DNA of 64,000 bases, from NCBI RefSeq assembly GCF_018350175.1, contig NC_058368.1, forward strand, positions 170,998,001 through 171,062,000, in the 5' to 3' direction. Of the stretch, positions 1 through 11,376 are shown piece after piece. Position 1 is the stretch's first letter. Every line of letters begins with the position of its first letter. The position numbers and the translations under genes are program-made. Below the pieces are notes generated by a model, which was not told the DNA's origin, made no database searches, and saw nothing but the letters and a program-made list of their open reading frames with translations. This stretch comes from Felis catus (Eukaryota).

Positions 1-210
1 TTTTCAACGTTTATTTATTTTTTTGGGGACAGAGAGAGACAGAGCATGAACGGGGGAGGGGCAGAGAGAGAGGGAGACACAGAATCGGAAACAGGCTCCA
101 GGCTCTGAGCCATCAGCCCAGAGCCTGACGTGGGGCTCGAACTCACGGACCGCGAGATCGTGACCTGGCTGAAGTCGGACGCTCAACCGACTGCGCCACC
201 CAGGCGCCCC
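1..210 (-). mobile_element. Young Can-SINE (SINEC_Fc type), inserted into L1
   Basis: Reverse complement of ggggcgcctgggtggcgcagtcggttgagcgtccgacttcagccaggtcacgatctcgcggtccgtgagttcgagcccc, with (CT)n region and aataaataaacgtt tail. Confidence 0.95.
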
Positions 211-899
211 TCTTTTTCTTTCTTTAGGAAGGCCTGGGTTGCTATATACTTCAGTCTTATGACTGCCTTTGCTGTATCCCAGAGGTTTTGGGCATTAGTG
301 TTTATATTTTCATTGGCTTCCATGTACTTTATAATTTCCTCTTTAATTTCTTTCTTGGTTAACCCATTCATCCTTTAGTAGGATGTTCTGTAATCTCCAG
401 GTATTCATAGTCTTTCCAAATTCTTTCTCATGGTTGATTTCGAGTTTCATAGTGTTGTGGTCTGAAAATATGCAAAGTGTGATCTCAGTCTTTTTGTACT
501 TGTCAAGGGCTGATTTGTGACCCAGTATGTGATCTATTCCGGAGAATGTTCTGTGTGCACTAGAGAATAATGTGTATTCTGCTTTAGGATGAAATGTTCT
601 GAATATATCTGTTAAGTCCATCCACTCCAGTATGTCATCAGAGCCATTGTTTCCTTGTAGATTTTCTGCTTACAAGATCTGTCACTTGCTGTAAGTGGGG
701 TGTTGATGTCCCCTAGTATTATGGTATTATTATCAATGAGTTTCTTTACATTTGTGATTAATTGACTTATATATTTATGTCCACATTGGGGGCATAAATA
801 TTTACAATGGTTAGATTTTCTTGGTGGATAAACCACTTAATTATGATATAATGCCCTTCTTCATTTCTTGTTACAATCTTTATTTTAAAACCTAGTTTA

Positions 900-1124
900 G
901 GGGCGCCTGGGTGGCGCAGTCGGTTAAGCGTCCGACTTCAGCCAGGTCACGATCTCGCGGTCCGTGAGTTCGAGCCCCGCGTCAGGCTCTGGGCTGATGG
1001 CTCAGAGCCTGGAGCCTGTTTCCGATTCTGTGTCTCCCTCTCTCTCTGCCCCTCCCCCGTCCATGCTCTGTCTCTCTCTGTCCCAAAAATAAATAAACGT
1101 TGAAAAAAAAATTAAAAAAAAAAA
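900..1124 (+). mobile_element. Young Can-SINE (SINEC_Fc type) nested in L1
   Basis: Consensus-like body, poly(A) tail, TSD aaaacctagttt on both sides. Confidence 0.95.
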
Positions 1125-1334
1125 CCTAGTTTGTCTGATATAACTATGGCTACTCTAGCTTTTGACGACCATTAACATGAAAGATGTTTCTCTATCCCCT
1201 TACTTTTAATCTGCAGGTGCCTTTGGGTCTAAAATTAGTCTCTTGTAAGCAGCATATAGATGGGTCTTGTTTTCTTATCCATCCTAATGTCCTGTGTCTT
1301 TTGATTGAAGCAGTTAGTCCATTGACATTTAAAA

Positions 1335-1544
1335 ATTTTTTTTATGTTTATTTATTTTTGAGAAGAGAGAGACAGAGTATGAGCGGGGGAGGAGAGAGAA
1401 AGAGGGAGACACAGAATCTGAAACAGGCTCCACACTCTGAGCTGGTCAGCACCCAGCTCGATGTGGGGCTTGAATTCATGGACCTTGAGATCATGACCTA
1501 AGCTGAAGTCTGATGCTTAACCTACTGAGCCACTCAGGTGCCCC
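1335..1544 (-). mobile_element. Older Can-SINE nested in L1
   Basis: Diverged SINEC body; TSD agttagtccattgacattt flanks both ends. Confidence 0.92.
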
Positions 1545-4286
1545 TAGTTAGTCCATTGACATTTAAAGTGAGTACTGAAAGATATGAATTTAGTGCCATT
1601 GTGTTGCCTGTAGAGTCGGTGTTGCTGGTGGTATCCTCTGGTCCTTTCCAGTCTTTGTTGTTTTTGATCTTTTTTGTTTTGTTTTTTCTGCACTCAAAGA
1701 GTGGAGGAATTATCCTATGATTCAGATGTTATTCCTTTTTAATAAGTCACTGAGTTCTCTAAGTCTTGTATCATGCTCTTTTGCCTTTGTTTCTTTCTTT
1801 TTTTCTGCTTCATTATTCTCCATAGTTTTATCTTCTATATTGCTCATTCACTGCTCTGCTTTGTCTATCCTTGCCGTCATGGCACCCATTCAAGATTGCA
1901 TCTTGGTTATAGCATTTTGTATTTCATCTTGATTAGCTTTTACTTCTTTTATCTCCACAAAAAGAGATTCTATGCTATTTTCAAACCCAGCTGGTATTCT
2001 TTTTATCATGATTCTAAGTTCTAGTTTAGACATCTTGCTTATATCTGTGTTGATTAAGCCCCTGGCTGTCATTTCTTCCTGTTCTTTATTTTGGGGTGAA
2101 TCCCTTAATTTTGTCATTTTGGAGGAAGAAAAAAAAATTAAAATTAAAATTAAAGACAAAACAAAAAATTAAACAAAGGAAGCTAGATCCTAGGTGTGTT
2201 TTGGTCTGGTTGTTGAAAGAAGATTGATAGAATAGAGAAAAAAGGAAAATAAAAGGAAAAAAAGGTAAGAAAAAATTTAAAAACTTTAAAAAAATTATAG
2301 AATAAAATAGAATAAAATGAAATAAAGAAAATGAAATAAAATTTTAGATAAAAAGTAAAGTAAAATAAAATATAATATTCTCTTTCTGTATCCAAGAAAG
2401 AAAGAAGAAAACTATTTAAACAGAAACAGAATCAAAGAAAATGAACAAATAAATAAACAAGCAAACAGAATGAAACCTGAATGAAGTTATATCCACTTTC
2501 CCCTAGTACTGAAAGTATGTAGCCCTCTATAGTCTATACACTAAGCAGGTGAAGTGACTTGTGCTGGTCTTCTGGAGGATGTACTTGGAGGGCGCAGTTG
2601 GGTGGGGCTTGGTGCAACAGCTCTGTTCTCTACTCCATTCTCCACTGCTTAGCTTACTGGGATGGATCAGTGTAGAGGTGGAGATGGCTTCACTTAGCTC
2701 CCTGGTATCTGGCACAGAAACTTTGCACTCTCACTGACCCACGGTCAAGCACCCCTCCTTTGTCTCAGACCTCTGTCTACTCCCTGCCTCTACTCTGTCC
2801 ATTTACAAGCTATCTGCCTGCCAGTCTGCACCTTCCTCCAGAGTTTTATCTCAGATGGGGTTGTGTTTCAAAGCCCTGTACTTCAGAGACCCCACCGCTT
2901 GGAACCCCATCTGACTCTCTGCGGGAAGGTCTCACTGAGCAATGTCTGGGTGCTGGATTGCCCCAGAAAATGTATGTGTTATTGCACAGCAGCAGAGGTT
3001 CAGAGATTATGGCAAATTACAAAACACAGCTGTCATCAGGTTCCACTGCACTCTGGTGTCTTTTTCCCAATACCAGCAAACGTGGCTGCTCTCTGGGGTC
3101 CACTAGGACCTTTGCCTGTGAAGAGACCATATGGCCTTAACCAAATGCACTCCAAACAAGGGAACCACTTCTCCATGTATGGCACATGGACCCTTCAGAC
3201 CCCGCTGCCTGCTCCTGGGGATTCACCCTGCTTCCTCACCAGAGCACTGCCAGATACTGGGCTCTGGAACTTCAGACTCTATGCTCTGCTGTTTGTAGAA
3301 TCCTTGTGGTATTGAAACCCTCTCCTTTCTCCCCATCAGTGGTTTTGGGGAACAGGTTTCTTTTTCAGTCCCTGCAAGTGTTTTCACTCTTTCTCTTTCT
3401 CTCCAGCTACTTTTGGGGGAGTGCCTTTTTTTCAGGATCCCGATGCATCACACTCTCCCCTTTCTCTTTCTCTGTGCTCTCTCCACAAAAACGGCTCCCT
3501 ACCCTCCATGGCTTTTCTCTCTCCCAATTCACCTCTCCATACCGTGTACCTGCCAAGTTCTGTGGCTCAAGTTATGCAGATTGTTGTGTTAATCCTCAGA
3601 TCACTTTTCTAGGTTTTCAAAATGGTTTGGTGCTGATCTAGCTGTGTTTCAGGAATGAGACCAGCTCAGGGTCTCCATGCTGCTCCACCATCTTAACTCC
3701 ATGAAGAATATCTTAAAGTATGGTCAACATCTGAAGAAGTTTATATGAACATATTATATCCAGAAAATAAGACTTCATTACCCAAAAGAAGTGTGGAAAT
3801 TAAAAAAAATGTGATCATAAAAAACAAGAGATGAATGCACATAGGTAGTGAGAAGGAGTAAAGATTCTTCCAGAAAACACTTCAAAATAGCAAAGATTTG
3901 GGAAGTATGAGAGAAAATTTAAGTGGTATCAAGGATAGATTAAAAGTTCCCATATTCATCCCAGAAGAGATTATATAAAGGATGAGGTAGGTGGAGGGAA
4001 AACCTATAGGGATAGAAAGGATCTTCATATTACATACTGAGCAAGTTGAGTGCTGAGCAGAATGAGTGGCAAAAATCTCTTGCTTGTATACATTTTGGTA
4101 AAATGTAAGACACCAATAATATAAAATCTTAGAGAAGAGTATCTTTAAAACTTTCTTAGAATTAGAGCTAGAGGTAGCTCAACTAAATGAGCATCTGCTT
4201 GGTATCAGATGTTCCACTGATACATTGAATCCTAGTATAATGAAGCATATATGAGAAAGAAGGCATAATTGTAGGTATAGATAAAA

Positions 4287-4473
4287 ATTTTTAATGTTTT
4301 TTTTGAGAGAGAGCATGAGCAGGGGACGGGCAGAAAGAAAGGGGGACAGAGGAACCCAAGTGGGCTCTGCACTGACCTCAGTGAGCCCAATATGGGGCTT
4401 GAACTTATGAGCTGTGAGATCATGACCTTAGCCAAATTGGACGCTCAACTGACTGAGCCACCCAGGTGAGCCT
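4287..4473 (-). mobile_element. Can-SINE
   Basis: gagatcatgacc...gactgagccacccagg motif; imperfect TSD gat(a/g)aaaatttt. Confidence 0.88.
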
Positions 4474-5246
4474 GGATGAAAATTTTAAATTACAAAAGCA
4501 TGCTATGTAAAAAAATCTACCTGAAATGAAAATTTTATAGAAAAACAGTACCCAAATTGGCTAAGGAAGAGTTTAAATAAAAGGAAGAAAGTAAAAAAAT
4601 CATGGAGAAGATATCCAAATATCTGTACGATAAAAGGCAACCAATTCCTTATCTTCCATAGGTTATAGCTGCCAAACTTTTCAAAAACACAAAATTTTTG
4701 TTTTAGAAACTATTACAAAGATAGAAAATAAAGGAAGGTTTCCTAAATTGGTCTAAGATTAGCATGACTCTTAGACCCAAACTAGAAAAAATTGGCTTGG
4801 AAAGAGAAGGAAGTTTTAAGCAAATCTCATCTTGGAACAAAGATGCAAACCCTTATATAATAAAATAATAAATCAATTCTAAGAATATGTAAAATGATTA
4901 GTAACTCATGTTGTTTTATCACTCCATCTCCCCTCCTCTACTACTTAGAAGCATTATTCTCTTCCATGTATTAGTTTGCTGTTTGGTGCTTTTAAGACTG
5001 TTTTTCACCTTCTCCTTTAGCTTTTTAGTTATTCTCCATAGAAAGTTTGGTCTAAATTCTATGGTCTACTGTTCCTACATATAGAGGCTCTGGAACTCTC
5101 ATTTTTTGGGAAAAATAATTCAGTGTCCTGAAATATCAGATATACACATAAATCCTAAATGAAATGCAGTACTGGGGGGAAAATGAAGAGTCTTGTATAT
5201 CATTGCCTGGGCCAAAGGTAGTGGTTAAGAAGAGAGGAGGAGGATT

Positions 5247-5479
5247 CTTTTTTTTTTTTTTTTTTAATTTTTTTTTCAATGTTTATTTATTTTTGGGACA
5301 GAGAGAGACAGAGCATGAACGGGGGAGGGGCAGAGAGAGAGAGAGACACAGAATTGGAAACAGGCTCCAGGCTCTGAGCCATCAGCCCAGAGCCCGACGC
5401 GGGGCTCGAACTCACGGACCGCGAGATCGTGACCTGGCTGAAGTCGGACGCTTAACCGACTGCACCACCCAGGCGCCCC
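5247..5479 (-). mobile_element. Young Can-SINE (SINEC_Fc type)
   Basis: Near-consensus body, long poly(T), TSD gaggattctttt. Confidence 0.95.
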
Positions 5480-6375
5480 TGAGGATTCTTTTCCTAAGCA
5501 AGACATAAAACTTATGCTATAAAAAAATAAAATTACTAAACTTGACCACATACAAATTTAGACTTTAAATATACATTAAGCTCATTGAAAATTGACAATT
5601 ACAAATTTGAATTCCCTTGACAAAAGACATCATAAATAATGTTAAGGGAGACAAAGAGACAAGGGAACATATTTGGACCCCATATAACGAAGAATGTTGT
5701 CATAATAGGAAAGGAGGATTTACAAACCAAAAAGAAAATTCCGAGGAACTAGTCTTCCATTCTAATGAGCCAAATTTATCAACAAGCAATTCATAGAACA
5801 AAAATGCATCCTATGGATAAACTTAATATAATCAGCTTCACTAATCAGTGAGATGAAACCAGACTACAGATAAACTAGTGCTAGCATATGCTGCTGACAA
5901 TAGCATAAAAATATATGTACCTTTAGGCAGCACTTTACCTCTGATTATCCTAAAAGATTCACACAAGCTTACAAAGATGTTTATTGGGAAATTTTCAGCA
6001 CCCCTCGGTGCCTAAATAAAAGTTAAATATCCAAACTATGAAGTACTATGTAAGCTGTTATAAATATTGGGATAGATTTATATATGCTTCAGGGAAATAT
6101 CACTATGAAAAAATATTAGGTAAAAAAAATAAGTTTGAGGACTTTTCTTTTTTGTTTATGTAAAAAAATCCCATGTGTATTTGTGCATACATATTTATAA
6201 ATGTAAAACAAAACTAGAAAAATGCACACCAAATTACTAGCAATGTCTGTGTGGAAGACATTTGAGAGTTGAATGTGGGTGAATGAGGACTTTCACATGT
6301 TTCCCTACATAATAATATATTCCTTGAATGTTTAATAATGAACTGTGTTCATTTATTATTTATATATTAAAAGAA
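5480..6375 (+). mobile_element. Ancient L1 (L1M-type) 3' remnant
   Basis: A-rich diverged sequence with L1 3' motifs (aacaagcaattcatagaa, cttcactaatcagtgagatg). Confidence 0.55.
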
Positions 6376-6409
6376 AAAAGTATGGTGCATAGACTATGAG
6401 ATACAACTA

Positions 6410-6600
6410 AAGGAGCCTGAGCTTTGGAATCAAGCAAACTTAGCTTCTGTCATTCTGGCTTTTTCTTGCTGGTTCTTTGACTTTAGGCAAATCACTCAGG
6501 CTTTCTGAACCTTCATCTGAATTTAAAATGAGGGTAATAAAATAAAAGCATGTGTGTAAATGTCACATAGTGCTTTGCATGTAGTAGGTTCAGTAAAATT
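6410..6600 (+). mobile_element. MIR SINE remnant
   Basis: gctttggaatcaagc...gactttaggcaaatcact...catctg..aaaatgagggtaataa...catgtagtaggttcagtaaa resembles the MIR core. Confidence 0.7.
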
Positions 6601-7035
6601 TGCTGTGTTCCTTCTCTTGGGGAATAGTGAAAAATAAATAAGGCAGAGGTAGAGAAGAGACCTCTTCTTCAAGACTTTGAAAGTGAGAAAGAATGACAGC
6701 CTTCATTTGGTAAGCAGAAGAGCCACTGTAAAATCTTGAATGGGAGAGTAACCTGATCCAAAAGATGTTTTAGGAAGATTAGTTTGGTGATTCTAAAGAG
6801 AACAACAAGTCCATTGGCATAGCTTTATCTCTTTTTCTGTGTAAATGGTGACACTGTAGAATTGGAAACCCTTAGGATGCATCATTTGTCCTTCATTGTC
6901 AGGCATGACCTAGTGAGGATCTGGGCAAAAGGTCCCCAGAGAAGCCCATAGCTGTGCAAATTTATTTGATCCTCTTAAAATCAGCATTGTGGCTAAGGTC
7001 CAATGGAATCCATTTCTCTAATTGCTTTTCACCAG

Positions 7036-7105
7036 GATTGTCTATTTTTCTTTTGGAGTTCTAAGTTCCCACTGCAGATATTGAAGCACAACCAATTATT
7101 CCTTA
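7036..7105 (+). CDS. Weak candidate upstream coding exon (DCLFFFWSSKFPLQILKHNQLFL) of the plus-strand gene
   Basis: Acceptor ctaattgcttttcaccag and donor TTA|gtaagt. The only open frame ends in phase 1, matching exon 11261. Lies in non-repeat sequence. Confidence 0.28.
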
Positions 7106-7479
7106 GTAAGTTGAGGAAAACTTTAAAGGCAGACCTGGTTTAGTCCTAGCACAAAATTTTGTCATCGCAAATACTCCAAAAAAGATTTCCCAAAGTTACA
7201 ATAGACTTTATTTGCTTCTCTGGGAGATAACTGACATTCTGGAAGGATATTCTCCCATGATATGCCTTTGCCTTCATCTTCTCTGCACACCAGATATCGT
7301 CCTGTTTGAATCTCCAGATTTTTGTGGTACCAAACTAAGCTCAGCCTTGAGAAAGCAGAGAATAGATATTAACCTTTTTGGTGCTCAGTGTGCTATCAAG
7401 TCATGCCCCTGCCCATGTTAGTTTCCAAAGACTTAGAAATAAAGATTTTTTGTAGCCACACAAATATCCTCCTCTTAAG

Positions 7480-9520
7480 GTAAAACTAACAATATTTGGC
7501 ATCTATTCCAATGTCACCAGGCATGTTGAGAGGCAGGAAAATACATCCAATAATGAGGGAAAAAATAAGTTCATTGAAACTAACTCAGAAACAATACAGA
7601 TGATGGAATTGGTAGTCACGGACATTAACAGAGTTTCCATAACACTATTCCATATATTCAACAGGCCAGAGGAAGGATTGAACATGCTAGGAGAGACATA
7701 GTGCATTAAACATGTAAATTCTAGAGATGGAAACTATAATGTCTGAGGCAAAAAAATATACTACATGGGATTGATTACATTTTCATTGCAGAAGAAAAGA
7801 TTAATGAACTTAAAGACATGGCAATATAAACTATCGAAAATGAAACAGACTGAAAAAGAACTTTAAAAAATGAAGAGAATATCAGTGAACTGAGGGACAC
7901 CTTGGAGTAGCCAAAGATAAGTATCATTGGAATCTCTGAAGGAAAAATTAGGGAAGGGGACAGAAAAAATATTTGAAGTAATAATAGCTGAGAGTTTCTA
8001 AATTTGATGAAAATTATCGCCCACAAATCTGAGAAGCTCAATAAAGCTCACGCACAAGAAACACAAAGAAAATGACACCATGGCAAATCACAATCAAATT
8101 TCTTAAAACCAGTGATAAAGAAATGCAGTACATTGCATATACATTGACGTACAGTGGTAAGGATGAGAGCAGATTTCTTATTTGAAACAATACAAGCTAG
8201 AAGACAATGGAGCAACGTTCAAAATACTGAAAGAAAAACAGCCTCGAATTCTTTATCCCACTAAAATATCTTGCAAAAGCAGAATAAGACTTTCCATGCA
8301 TGCAAAACCTGAAATAAGTCACCACCAACAGATCATCCCCATAACAAATAAGTCTTTGATGCAGAAACAAAATTATACCAGATGAAAACATAGATCTATA
8401 CAAAGAAGTGGAAAGCGCCAGAAATGTTTACAGGAAATAAAGGGTATATGGATATAAGTTCAACTACACCATGAAAAAGCAATCAGTGAAATCCAGAATA
8501 TGGAATGTTTTTCAGATTGTCTTACTTAATTTCTTTAAGAAACAAAACAAGTAAAAAAAAAGGCTAGAATGTGAACTAATATAGATTAAAAGAATTGAAG
8601 ACAACTTCTATACTCCAACTAGAGCAGCTAAAATAAATTAAAAACACTGAAAATGCAAAATGGCCACAAAGATGTGATTCAACCCAAACTCTCATACATT
8701 GGTGGTGGGACTGTAAAAGGTACAAGCACTTGAGAAAACTCCTTAGTAGTTTTATTTAAGTTTACATACATCTTACTGTATATGAATCAGCAATTACAAT
8801 TCCAGCTATTTGCCCTGGAAAAATAAAATCTTAATCCACAAAAAGACTTCAAACTAGAAACAACCTGATCAATAGATAAATGGATAATGAAGCATGGTAC
8901 CACCATACAGTGGGATAATAACATAGCAGGAAGGAACAACATATAATGAATGGAGGCAAAAACATGGATGAATCCCAAAAACATAGGCCAGAATCAAAAG
9001 GGGTATATACTTTATAGTAATATTCATAGGAATTTCTACAATACTCAAAGCCAATCTGTGAGCAGTGACTGCCTCTGTGGTAGGGTAGGAACTGACTGGG
9101 AAAGGACTTAAGAAAACTCTGGAGTGACCAAAATGTTCTATATCTTGATAAAGGTATGGGCAACACAAGTATATATATTTGTCAAAAATTAATTTAACTG
9201 TACACTTAATATTTGTGCTTTTTATTATGTGTAAATTACACCTCAATTTAAAAGAGAGGAGATTGAAAGTAAAATACTTATTTGACAAATGGGTGAGCAC
9301 TATTTAGATCCTAATATAAAACAAAACCTAATACCAAAAAAAAAAACACCATTTTTTAGATAGAGCAATAAAAAATAGATAGATGATATCAAAGAATTGT
9401 TGATAGTTTTTGTTTTTAACCAGGACAGAACTATCCTGGTTATATAAGAAAATGTCTTTTTTTTTCCCCCTATCTGGAAAGTACTTGAGCAGGATAACAT
9501 GATACCAGGGATTCACTTTA
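7480..9520 (+). mobile_element. Old L1M fragments (ORF1-like and 3'UTR-like)
   Basis: ORF1-like remnants (FKILKEKQPRILYPTKIS) and 3'UTR motifs (ctctcatacattggtggtgggactgtaaaaggtaca; tgtgtaaattacacctcaat). Confidence 0.75.
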
Positions 9521-9532
9521 AAATGCAAGCAA

Positions 9533-9722
9533 TTTTTTTTATTATGAAATTTATCGTCATGTTGGTTTCCATACAACACCCAGTGCTCATCCCAACAGGT
9601 ACCCTCCTCAATGCCTATCACCCACTTTCCCCTCCCTCCCACCCCCCATCAACCCTCAGTTTATTCTCAGTTTTTAAGAGTCTCTTATGGTTAGCCTCCC
9701 TCTCTTTTTTTTTTCCCCTTCC
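9533..9722 (-). mobile_element. Short 3' end of a feline/carnivore L1
   Basis: ttggtttccatacaacacccagtgctcatcccaacaggt..ctcctcaatgcc matches the carnivore L1 3' end. Confidence 0.85.
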
Positions 9723-9971
9723 GCAATTTTAAAAAGCAAAGAGGGAAAAAAGAAGCACTAGATGAAGCAGGTATAGAAAAATGTTGATATTTGTTGAATC
9801 CAGGTAATGGGGTAATAGAGATTCATAAGAGTAAACTCGATTATGAAATATTATATATGTATAATATATGTAGAATATACATAACAATACAGACATAATG
9901 AAAAATGTAAAATGTCCTACAAAAATCTTCTAAAAAGAACAAAAAGCATGTTTTTAAAATGATTTGTATCA

Positions 9972-10165
9972 AGGGTGCCTGGGTGGCTCAGTCACTTAAA
10001 CATCTGGCTCTTGATTTTGGCTCAGGTCATGATATCATGGTTCTTGGGTTCAAGACCCACATCAGGCTTTTTGCTGACAGTGCAGAGCCTGCCTGGGATT
10101 CTCTTGCTCTCCTCCTCTGTCTCTCCTGCGCACTTTGTCTCTCAGAATAAATAAACTTAAAGAAA
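9972..10165 (+). mobile_element. Can-SINE (older)
   Basis: gggtgcctgggtggctcagtc..ctcttgattttggctcaggtcatgat, with aataaataaac tail. Confidence 0.9.
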
Positions 10166-10689
10166 TCTATTAAAATTATTTTTAACAAATGGAGACTGCA
10201 GTTTCCACCACCAGAGATCTCCAGATTTGATCCTTCAGTCCTAAGCTAGTGTTGCACATGGACAAAAACGGACCTGTATTTTCTTTGGCCCTGTGTTGTT
10301 GCTAGTGAGGACTCCATTTCAGCTTATAGGCTCTTCATCAACTCATGTCTGTTGCTCAGGAGGGAAATCCCTCCCAGCTCTGTTCTTTTTAGTGGCACGA
10401 GTCACCTTCCCCTATCCTCTATATGTTGGATGGTGGTTTTAACTCAGGATGATGTGAACTGAATTCAAGGGTAATTTTGCATTAGCTGTTGCCAGACTTT
10501 TTGATCGCACACCCTTATGAGTTACAAAAAATGGATGCACACCCCCAATATTGGTATACTTATTTATTTATAAATTTTACACACACATGCACACCAATGT
10601 TCTAATTTGGTTTGTACATGATAAAATATCATAAAATTGAAATTAAAATATGGGATAAAGATAAAATAAATACTTTAAAAAATTAAAAA

Positions 10690-10898
10690 AAATTTTTTTT
10701 AATGTTTATTTATTTTTGAGAGAGACAGAGTGTGAGCAGGGGAAGTGCAGAGAGAAAAGGAGGCACAGAATCCAAAGCAGGCTCCAGGCTCTGAGCTGTC
10801 AGCACAGAGCCCAACGTGGGGCTTGAACTCAGGGACTGTGAGATCATGATATGAGCTGAAGTTGGACGTTCAACTGACTGAACCACCCAGATGCCCCC
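10690..10898 (-). mobile_element. Can-SINE (first of tandem pair)
   Basis: SINEC reverse-complement body ending accacccagatgcccc. Confidence 0.9.
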
Positions 10899-10899
10899 C

Positions 10900-11110
10900 A
10901 AATTTTTTTTAATGTTTATTTTTGAGAGAGACACACACACACAGTGTGAGTGGGAGAGGGTCAGGGAGAGAGGGAGAATAGAATCTGAAGCAGGCTCCAG
11001 GCTCTAAGCTATCAGCACAGAGCCCAATGCGGGGCTTGAACCCATGAACCATGAGAGCATGACCTGAGCCAAAATCAGACACTTAACCACCTGAGCCACT
11101 CAGGTGCTCC
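10900..11110 (-). mobile_element. Can-SINE (second of tandem pair)
   Basis: SINEC reverse-complement body; the pair is flanked by taaaataaatacttt repeats. Confidence 0.9.
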
Positions 11111-11260
11111 TAAAATAAATACTTTTAAAAATTTTCTTATTAATCTTAATAGTTTCATGATATCATTTGTCTCAAGAGGTTACCGTGACATTATCGAAAG
11201 ACAATATCCACTTAAGGCAAGGACTTTATTTCATGATAGTACATATGATTTGCCCTTTAG

Positions 11261-11376
11261 AAGGGCAGTTACCTCCGAATTTGGATGTGAGGAAAGCAGT
11301 GACTCTACAGAGCCAACGTGTTCCAAAGGAGAGCGCGCTGCCCTCCCGCACTGAGCATGATCTGAATCCTTCCTCT
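11261..11376 (+). CDS. Internal coding exon of unidentified gene (xGQLPPNLDVRKAVTLQSQRVPKESALPSRTEHDLNPSS)
   Basis: Acceptor tgatttgccctttag, donor TCT|gtaagg, open frame, phase 1 to phase 0, compatible with exon 21947. Confidence 0.6.

Larger units (their letters stand above)
211..3700 (-). mobile_element. 5' part of a carnivore LINE-1 (5'UTR, partial ORF1, ORF2 endonuclease region), degenerate, interrupted by SINEs
   Basis: Minus-strand translations match L1 ORF2 endonuclease (DLTDIFRTFHPKAEYTLFSSAHRTFSGIDHILGHK; NLWDTAKAV; TIILGDINTPL) and ORF1 N-terminus (MTKLRDSPQNKEQEEMTARGLINTDISKMS). A 5' end motif ggagttaagatggtggag lies near 3700. Frameshifts and stops are present. Confidence 0.92.

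Noticed and set aside
2760..3641. Overlapping 126-151 aa plus-strand ORFs
   Set aside because: Antisense to the L1 5'UTR; no recognisable protein features
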